Made by a program: the position numbers and the translations under genes. Shown piece by piece: positions 16,619-22,707 of a stretch of DNA of 22,707 nt. The stretch lies in NCBI GenBank assembly GCA_049512935.1, contig JBEKWR010000028.1, forward strand, positions 1 through 22,707, read 5' to 3'. How positions within the stretch are numbered: the stretch's first letter is position 1; every line of letters starts with the position of its first letter. Source of the stretch: Candidatus Bathyarchaeia archaeon (GTDB taxonomy: Archaea > Thermoproteota > Bathyarchaeia > Bathyarchaeales > Bathycorpusculaceae). The notes under the pieces are model-generated. The model worked only from the letters and a program-made list of their open reading frames with translations, made no database searches and was not told where the DNA came from.

Positions 16619-18016
16619 GTGGAATGCGCTTTCAAGTCTCTTTCGGTAGCAAAGTTCGGCGGCAGCCTCTTAGATGTTGAAGGGAAAGGAATCCCCAAGA
16701 TCGGTAAGCGGGTACGGGAGATCCGCGCTAAAGACGGGTTTGGCCCAATCGTGGTTTTTTCAGCTCCCATGGGCTGCACCGACGCGCTCATAAGAATGGG
16801 CGAATCTTACGCGCAGTCTATTCCAGTGCCTCTTGACCCCGTCTTCCAAATTTACGAGCGGCTGGCAAAGGCTCATGTCAGCGGCGAATGGCAAGCCCAA
16901 GCGTTGGAAGACCTGGCTAAGTTTAAGGCGTTAACGCAGGATGCCCTTGACTCAGTTAACAAACGGTTCAGCGGCAACGTAAAAGCCAGAATCCTCACAT
17001 TCGGCGGGGAGCTTTCCATGTCCACGCTGGCGGATTACGTTTTTAGAAGCAACGGTTTAGATTCTTGTCATGTTTCGCTGGAAGAGTGGCCGATCGTGAC
17101 TGACGACAATTTTGAGGATGCCCTGCCGCATTACGGGTTAAGCAAAAAAAGGATTCACACGTTGATCGGTCCCTTGGAAGACGGTAAAATTCTTTGTTTA
17201 GCGGGCTTTTTAGGCGTTACGGCTGATGGTCTTGAAACCATATTGGGAAGAGGCGGCTCGGATTTGACGGCGGTTTTCACTTCCTGTTTGCTCAAAGACC
17301 TGTACAGCACTGAAACGCTCCTCTACAAAGACGTGCCCGTGCAAAGCGCTGACCCAAAAGTGGTGCCGGGACAGAAAACGGACCATGTTAAAGCGCTTAC
17401 CTACAACGAGGCGCACAAAGCCTCTTTGATGGGCATGAAAATCGTGCAGAGCCCGGCGATTGCGATGGCTAGGCGTTTCGCTCAGCCCATACGGATAGTG
17501 CCGATCGACGAGCCTGAAATGTACTCGGTTATTCAGGCGAAGATCAGCGGCGACGAGGTAGTGAAATGCTTAACAGGCAAGTCAGGCTGCGCAATCTTGT
17601 CGGTCAACGATGAAAAAAGCCACTCGCTTGAAGATTCCCTGCGGATTTGGGAAAGACGAAACGACTTCATAGATTTAGGCGCTGAAACCATGGAGACAGG
17701 CGAACGCATCAGGGACTTCCTCTTCTTAGACGCAGACTTCCTCAAGAAAAACGAGGAAAAACTGAAGGGTTTCGACGAGAAAATGAAGATTGACTACGGG
17801 TTAGGCGTGGTTACCCTTATCGGCGACAGAATGAAGGATTCTCCAGGCGTCGCTTCGTTGGCGATGAGTTCAATTTCAGGCATCAACATTAAGAGGGGCG
17901 TTTTTGCACCGCACACGTCGCAGATTATACTGGTTGTTGAGGAAAAGAACGTTAACGCGATGGTTGCCGCCATCCACCTGCGAAAACAAGAACTCAACAA
18001 GTTTCCGACTCAGTAA
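16619..18016 (+). CDS. lysC: Aspartate kinase family protein with C-terminal ACT-like domain
   Basis: VAKFGGS, VVFSA..G.TD.L, GE, AGFLG, LGRGGSDLTA, SADPK; ACT-like VVTLIGDRMKDSPGVA. Confidence 0.8.
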   Translation: MECAFKSLSVAKFGGSLLDVEGKGIPKIGKRVREIRAKDGFGPIVVFSAPMGCTDALIRMGESYAQSIPVPLDPVFQIYERLAKAHVSGEWQAQALEDLAKFKALTQDALDSVNKRFSGNVKARILTFGGELSMSTLADYVFRSNGLDSCHVSLEEWPIVTDDNFEDALPHYGLSKKRIHTLIGPLEDGKILCLAGFLGVTADGLETILGRGGSDLTAVFTSCLLKDLYSTETLLYKDVPVQSADPKVVPGQKTDHVKALTYNEAHKASLMGMKIVQSPAIAMARRFAQPIRIVPIDEPEMYSVIQAKISGDEVVKCLTGKSGCAILSVNDEKSHSLEDSLRIWERRNDFIDLGAETMETGERIRDFLFLDADFLKKNEEKLKGFDEKMKIDYGLGVVTLIGDRMKDSPGVASLAMSSISGINIKRGVFAPHTSQIILVVEEKNVNAMVAAIHLRKQELNKFPTQ

Positions 18017-18056
18017 ACTTTCGTAGCTTTTAAGCAGGTACGGGTTTGAAATCGGA

Positions 18057-18575
18057 TTATTTTTTGGCGGAAGTCTGAAGTTTTTTCTGGCGGCGCAAAA
18101 GAAGGATTATCACCGTGCTTCCAGCGACCGCGGCGATCACGGTTATCAGCGTGTAGGTGAGTGACATTCCCTGCGAGGTGCTTGTTGAACCGCTGCTAAT
18201 GCCTTGGACCGATGGGTTGGTTACGTAAGAAAAGGTCACTTGAATCGAGCTGGAAAGGTCGTTCTCGAAATTGACCAGGTAGGTTCCATTTTGCTGGGCG
18301 ACGAAGTTGAACGTTGTGGTTTTGTCGATTAAGCCCAAGTTGAGGATTGCAGCTTGGCTTGGGCCGTTCACCCAAACCTGGACAAGCCCCGTGGTCGAGA
18401 CTGACCCGTTAAACGTTGCTCCCGCGGGCAGCACGAACTGAAACTGGTTTGAAGACCCTGCGAGGGGGAAGGTTTGAGTTGTTTTGGCGCTGACTGAAAA
18501 AATCCCAATGGACACAAACAGAAGAGCCGCAAGCAGGGTGCAGGTTATGATCATGGTTTTCCTCATTTTTCCCAC
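18057..18575 (-). CDS. Type-I membrane protein with GOLD (emp24/gp25L/p24)-like beta domain
   Basis: Signal peptide; V.V.GP...FNFVAQQNGTYLVNFEN.....VTFSY; Ser/Thr linker; C-terminal TM; basic tail. Confidence 0.7.
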   Translation of the reverse strand: MGKMRKTMIITCTLLAALLFVSIGIFSVSAKTTQTFPLAGSSNQFQFVLPAGATFNGSVSTTGLVQVWVNGPSQAAILNLGLIDKTTTFNFVAQQNGTYLVNFENDLSSSIQVTFSYVTNPSVQGISSGSTSTSQGMSLTYTLITVIAAVAGSTVIILLLRRQKKLQTSAKK

Positions 18576-18840
18576 TCGACAGATGCCTTAGACAAGTAAA
18601 AATGGGTCTTAATAACAATCGCGTTCGAAAAGAGAAAAAGCAGCCTGCAAAAAACGAATTTGGCTCTAACAACCATGAAAGAGCCTAGTGGCATTACGAT
18701 ATTTTTTCGTCGATTTTTCCCGTTCTACCCTAAATTTCCCACCTGCCCGCCACAAGCCCGAGGCGTTCTGCATGTACGCGCAAAATCAAAAAAAACCTCC
18801 CCAAGACGAATAACAAGAAAACATGCTCGATCGATCCGTT

Positions 18841-18957
18841 TCATGGTTCGCCCGTCTGCCTTGTTTTTTCATTTTTGCGAAGATAAACTACACATATCGG
18901 AACAGGAATCGCTGCGATTACGCTTTCGCCGTTGTGTAGACGTGTTGTACTGTTCAT
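18841..18957 (-). CDS. Possible 38-aa small ORF or surface-protein remnant MNSTTRLHNGESVIAAIPVPICVVYLRKNEKTRQTGEP
   Basis: SD-like GGAGTG (18964-18969); TATA-like TTATATTG (18994-19001); hydrophobic stretch followed by YLRK. Confidence 0.3.
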   Translation of the reverse strand: MNSTTRLHNGESVIAAIPVPICVVYLRKNEKTRQTGEP

Positions 18958-19021
18958 TTGTTACACTCCAATACACTTTCGTGTAGTAAATCTCAATATA
19001 AGGCGTATTTTATTTCCTGAT

Positions 19022-19042
19022 ATATATCGAAAATCGATATAT
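19022..19042. promoter_or_regulatory. Perfect 9-bp inverted repeat (operator-like)
   Basis: ATATATCGA-AAA-TCGATATAT. Confidence 0.55.
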
Positions 19043-19161
19043 GGCATGAGGCGTTAAAATTTTTTGGTGGACTGGGTGAGATTAGTTACTTACGTTCTCG
19101 GTTGAACACCTAAGAAACTCTCCCGTTAAACTGCTTTCGATGCGAAAGCTATTATTTTTGC

Positions 19162-19180
19162 TATAACTGTTATATTAACA
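19162..19180. promoter_or_regulatory. Overlapping palindromes just before the antitoxin start (candidate operator)
   Basis: TATAAC-T-GTTATA (19162-19174) and TGTTA-TAT-TAACA (19168-19180); the gene looks leaderless. Confidence 0.5.
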
Positions 19181-19429
19181 ATGACAACTTTATCCGTTAC
19201 CGAAGATGTTAAGCAAAAGCTGCTGGAAGTTGCTTCTGAACTTCAGGTCAAGCTAGGTCGCCGAGTTTCCCTCAACGAAGCCCTGCGCTTCTTGGTTGAT
19301 CAGCGGGAAAAGAACCCCCAGTTGCTTGAAGAAGCATGCAAGCCAATGACTGGCGCAAAAGAAGCGATTGAAGAGCTGCAAGAAGAGCGGAAACTTGAGA
19401 CCGGACTTGAAAGGAAGCGGATCGATTGA
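19181..19429 (+). CDS. RHH-type VapB-like antitoxin (orphan)
   Basis: MTTLSVTEDVKQKL...LGRRVSLNEALRFL ribbon-helix-helix pattern; acidic EAIEELQEER helix. Confidence 0.75.
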   Translation: MTTLSVTEDVKQKLLEVASELQVKLGRRVSLNEALRFLVDQREKNPQLLEEACKPMTGAKEAIEELQEERKLETGLERKRID

Positions 19430-19535
19430 GCAAATTTATTGTGGGAGTTTCGCCCGAAAAGAAAAAGATTTGACAGCTGAAATGCAGAAAGAACCGTTTG
19501 AAGTCAACATACTCTTTCTAGAAGACAGAAAATAA
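19407..19535 (+). pseudogene. Probable internally deleted vapC remnant (42 codons)
   Basis: TTG overlaps the antitoxin 3' end. MKGSGSIEQIYCGSFARKEKDLTAEMQKEPFEVNILFLEDRK ends like the C-terminus of archaeal PIN toxins (from memory). Confidence 0.5.
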
Positions 19536-19557
19536 CATAAACAAAAATGACCGCGTT

Positions 19558-19635
19558 TGGTGGACCGGGCGGGATTTGAACCCGCGGCTTCCGCGTTGCG
19601 AACGCGGCGATCATACCAGACTGATCTACCGGCCC
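19558..19635 (-). tRNA. tRNA-Ala(CGC)
   Basis: GGGCCGG/CCGGTCC-A-CCA with G3:U70; anticodon arm CCGCG-TTCGCAA-CGCGG; T arm GCGGG-TTCAAAT-CCCGC. Confidence 0.97.
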
Positions 19636-19692
19636 AAACTGACGCTTTCGGAAAAAATAGCAATGGAGCGCTTTTAGAGGTTTCGGTTCAGT

Positions 19693-19863
19693 TTATTCTT
19701 CGCCGTAGCCGTGTTCGAGCCTTTCGCGTGTTTTGCGGCAGGAAAACTCGTGTTCTTCTTTGCGGTCGCCGAAGCGGTTCATGTGCGTTTGCAGGTCAGC
19801 CTCAGTTAAAAATACGCAGGCGCAGTGTGGGCTTGCTTAGGTTTCTAACGTCGCTGGGTTCAT
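19693..19863 (-). pseudogene. Degraded C2H2-like zinc-finger microprotein
   Basis: MNPATLET*ASPHCACVFLTEADLQTHMNRFGDRKEEH...; in-frame TAA at 19837-19839; xPHC..xF.....L..H spacing. Confidence 0.45.
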
Positions 19864-19996
19864 GTTTTTTGCGTGTGCTTTTCACTCAAAAATCTGTTGA
19901 GCGCCCTTTGCGCCCGAAAATAAAGTAGAATCCTGCTTGGTGCAGTTTGCGCTCACTTCATGGGCTTTGGCGACTCGGTATAAAGGTGAGTCCCGG

Positions 19997-22707
19997 CTAG
20001 TGTATACTCAAGTACACCTTTTTGCCGTCTAACTCTGATTCATGCCAGTCAGCGTCAACTTCTTCTTTGCGGCTGCCATGCAGGTACACTCTCCTAGCGC
20101 GTACCAACCCAGCCATTTCCTCCAGGTACGGCTCAAGCAAATCCATGCTTTCCTCGTCTAACTCGGCGATGTGAGCTGACTCCAAAACCTCGGTCGGCAC
20201 AAACCCTAGTTCTTTGCGGAGCGCTTGGACGCGGCGTGCTAAGTCGCGCATGATGCCTTCTCCCAGCAGTTTTTCGTCCCGTTGCCCGCTTACGAACACT
20301 GTGGCTTCGTCTTCTTGTGATGAAACCCAGTTTTCGCCTCCGACGTACTCGGGAACCTGCGTCGCGTACTCGGCTGCTTTCACATTCGTAAGCTCCAGGA
20401 AAAGCGGTTCCAGATGCTTGATGGCGTCCAAGGTTTTTTCTGGGGCAACCACGATTACCTTGCTTAGGGGCCATCGACGCTTCAGTTTGCCCTGCTGCCT
20501 TGCAGCGTAACCTATTGAAACCGTCTTAAGCAGGGTTTCGAATTGTTCTTCAAGGGTTTTGTCCCGGAGTTTCCCGTTTGGCGTGGGCCAAGATGCCATG
20601 TTGACCGATTCAGGCAGGTCGGGTTCAAACTGGCGGTAGATTTTCTGGTAGAGCGCTTCGGTTAGGTAAGGCGTGACGGGGTTGAACAGCAAAGTCACAG
20701 TCTTCAATGTGTGGTAGAGCAGTGCGTAGATGGTTTGGCGGCGCTCAAACGTTTCAGGCTCATCGGTCCATAGCTCTTTGCGTATCATGGGTACGTATAG
20801 CCTGCTGAGGGTTTCAATCACGAAATCGTCTAATACGGCGACGGCGGCGTTGAACTCGCATCGTTCAAGCTCGGCAGTGTAATCCTCGATTTTCTCTTGA
20901 AGTTTAGAGAGAAGCCACAGGTCGGCGGCTTGAAGCCTGTTTGCCTCGGAAGCCCACTGCAGTGTGTATTTGCTTGGGTTGAACTCGTCGAAGGTTGCGT
21001 TTTGCAGAAAGAACCTGCTGAGATGGTACAGCGTTGACAGCACTTGGTAGGGGCGGCGGGTGAGTTCTTGCATGTCAAAATTCATGAAGTCAATCGAAGA
21101 GCACTTTCGCATCATGTAGAAACGGCACAGGTCAGCGGAGTTCTTCTCCAGCAGCTTGTTGGTTTCAACCACGTTGCCAAGGCTCTTGCTCATTTTTCTG
21201 CCCCTCGCATCCTGCGTGAGCCCTTGGAACAGGAACGACTTGTACGGCGCCTCCGGTTTCCCAGTTAATATGACGTGTTCCAGCAGCAAGCTGTTTGCCC
21301 AGCCTCGTGTTTGGTCGATGCCTTCAGTCAGGAAATCGGTGGGCACGAACTTGGCGGCTTCTTCGTCTGTGAAACGCGCGTAGGGTGACGCGCCGCTGTT
21401 GTGCCACGTGTCCAAAACGAAGTCTTCCCGTCGCATGGTCCCGCCGCATTTTTCGCACCTGAACGTGACGCGGTCAACCCACGGCTTGTGCAGTTCAAAG
21501 TTGTCGGGGGGTGTCTCCTGCGCGTTCTCTAAGAGTTCTTTTTTGCTTGCGACTATGCGTTTTTCTCCGCATTTCTCGCATGTCCAGATGGGCAGCGGGG
21601 TTCCCCAGATGCGTTCGCGGCTTATGCACCATGGTTTTCCCTCCTTAAGGAAGCCTAAGAAACGGTTTTTGGGTTCTTCAAAGAAATACTCTACTTTTTC
21701 CGCAGCTTCCAAGACTTTGCTGTTGATCTTGTCAGTGCGTAGAAAGTATTCTTTTCTTGCCAGCCAAACCAGCTTGTGATGTGACCGCCAGCATGTTGGG
21801 TACTCATGCTTTACCATCGCGAATTTGACGAAGGCGTTGCGGCTGCGGAGCTCCTCAACCACTGGGAAATCAGCGTCGCGGGCGAAAATGCCAACGAATT
21901 GCCCCGCGTCCTTGGTGAATTTCACTTCATCGTCAAACGGCGCATAGATTGGCACGCCTCTGCGCTGCGCCGCCCAAAAATCGTCCTCGCCGTTGCCAGG
22001 TGAAAGATGAACGACGCCTGTGGCTGTGTTGACGTCAACGAAGTCTTCGCCTATAACCTTGTGAACCAAGGGATGCAGGGTTTCGTTTTCAGCCTGTTTA
22101 GGTATCATGTCTTTGAGCGGGTACTCGTAGGCGGTTCCTTCCAAGCTTTTGCCAAGCATGGAATCGGTGATTTGGTACTTTGTGATTTGGAGCTCCGCCA
22201 TGACGGGTTCAACGCGTTGCTTGACCATTATCCAGGTTTCAGAGCCGACTTTGACTTTCACGTACTCCGCGGCTGGCTGAACCGCAAGCATGGTGTCAGT
22301 TACTATTGTGAAAGGCATGGTTGTCCAGATGAGGAAGAACTCGTTTTCGCTGCCTGCCACCTTGAACTTGAAGTATAAGGATGGGTCTTCGACTGTTTGG
22401 TAGCTGCCTTCGTAGCCGACTTCGGCGCTGCTGAGGCTGGTTTGGCAGCCGGGGCAGTAAGCGACCACGTAATGTCCCTCTTCAAGCAGGTTTTGCTCCC
22501 ACGCGCGCTTAAGGATTTGCCATTCCCGCTCGATGTAACTGTCCTTGTAAGTCCAGTAGGCCTTCTCTTGGTTGATGAAGATGCCGAGGTTCGAGTCTGC
22601 CTGCAGCCACATAGCATGGTATCGCATGATGGCTTTCTTGCATTCCTCGATGAACCGCTCCATCCCGTATTTCTCGATGGATTCCCGCTTGTTCCGAACA
22701 CCGAGAA
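19997..22707 (-). CDS. ileS: Isoleucyl-tRNA synthetase (5' end outside the window)
   Basis: WTTMPFT, TGVVH.SPG.GEDD, HEYP.CWR, WCISR.R.WG.P.P, EGIDQTRGW, KMSKS. The frame stays open to the window edge (LGVRNKRESIEKYGME). Confidence 0.96.
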   Translation of the reverse strand, partial: LGVRNKRESIEKYGMERFIEECKKAIMRYHAMWLQADSNLGIFINQEKAYWTYKDSYIEREWQILKRAWEQNLLEEGHYVVAYCPGCQTSLSSAEVGYEGSYQTVEDPSLYFKFKVAGSENEFFLIWTTMPFTIVTDTMLAVQPAAEYVKVKVGSETWIMVKQRVEPVMAELQITKYQITDSMLGKSLEGTAYEYPLKDMIPKQAENETLHPLVHKVIGEDFVDVNTATGVVHLSPGNGEDDFWAAQRRGVPIYAPFDDEVKFTKDAGQFVGIFARDADFPVVEELRSRNAFVKFAMVKHEYPTCWRSHHKLVWLARKEYFLRTDKINSKVLEAAEKVEYFFEEPKNRFLGFLKEGKPWCISRERIWGTPLPIWTCEKCGEKRIVASKKELLENAQETPPDNFELHKPWVDRVTFRCEKCGGTMRREDFVLDTWHNSGASPYARFTDEEAAKFVPTDFLTEGIDQTRGWANSLLLEHVILTGKPEAPYKSFLFQGLTQDARGRKMSKSLGNVVETNKLLEKNSADLCRFYMMRKCSSIDFMNFDMQELTRRPYQVLSTLYHLSRFFLQNATFDEFNPSKYTLQWASEANRLQAADLWLLSKLQEKIEDYTAELERCEFNAAVAVLDDFVIETLSRLYVPMIRKELWTDEPETFERRQTIYALLYHTLKTVTLLFNPVTPYLTEALYQKIYRQFEPDLPESVNMASWPTPNGKLRDKTLEEQFETLLKTVSIGYAARQQGKLKRRWPLSKVIVVAPEKTLDAIKHLEPLFLELTNVKAAEYATQVPEYVGGENWVSSQEDEATVFVSGQRDEKLLGEGIMRDLARRVQALRKELGFVPTEVLESAHIAELDEESMDLLEPYLEEMAGLVRARRVYLHGSRKEEVDADWHESELDGKKVYLSIH

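Noticed and set aside
18660-18986. 108-aa plus-strand ORF in the intergenic gap
   Set aside because: Arg/Phe-rich, unnatural composition and no SD; regulatory signals point to the other strand.
19436-19928. ORFs 19436-19663 (-) and 19557-19928 (+)
   Set aside because: Both overlap tRNA-Ala and are typical tRNA shadow ORFs.
1-22707. CRISPR array, integrase, transposase or provirus bounded by the tRNAs
   Set aside because: No regularly spaced repeats, recombinase motifs or duplicated tRNA 3' ends were seen, and the intervening genes are largely housekeeping.

Overview
Archaeal chromosomal window. The gene set (archaeal Trm1, BHB-intron tRNA, vapBC, GGTGA-type SD motifs, Ser/Thr-rich type-I surface proteins) points to a TACK archaeon, most likely Bathyarchaeia; this is inference. 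Housekeeping content: tRNA-Tyr(GUA) with two, possibly three nested, introns; tRNA-Gly(GCC); tRNA-Ala(CGC); trm1; proC; a THEP1-type NTPase; a HAD phosphatase; an aspartate kinase; and a partial ileS. Transport: an ABC importer with no binding protein in the window, and a PadR/DrrAB-type exporter. There is one intact vapBC pair and one orphan antitoxin followed by an apparently deleted toxin. Most interesting: (i) the 13.8-16.4 kb block, where a radical SAM-SPASM enzyme is flanked by two Cys/His microproteins missing from the ORF track, a structured RNA with a C/U-rich loop and a stand-alone DCD-like protein; (ii) a receptor-like protein with 4 Ig-like repeats, one TM helix and a large cytoplasmic domain; (iii) a p24/GOLD-like type-I membrane protein; (iv) an ordered tRNA splicing cascade. 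All family calls come from motif recognition by eye; no searches were run.
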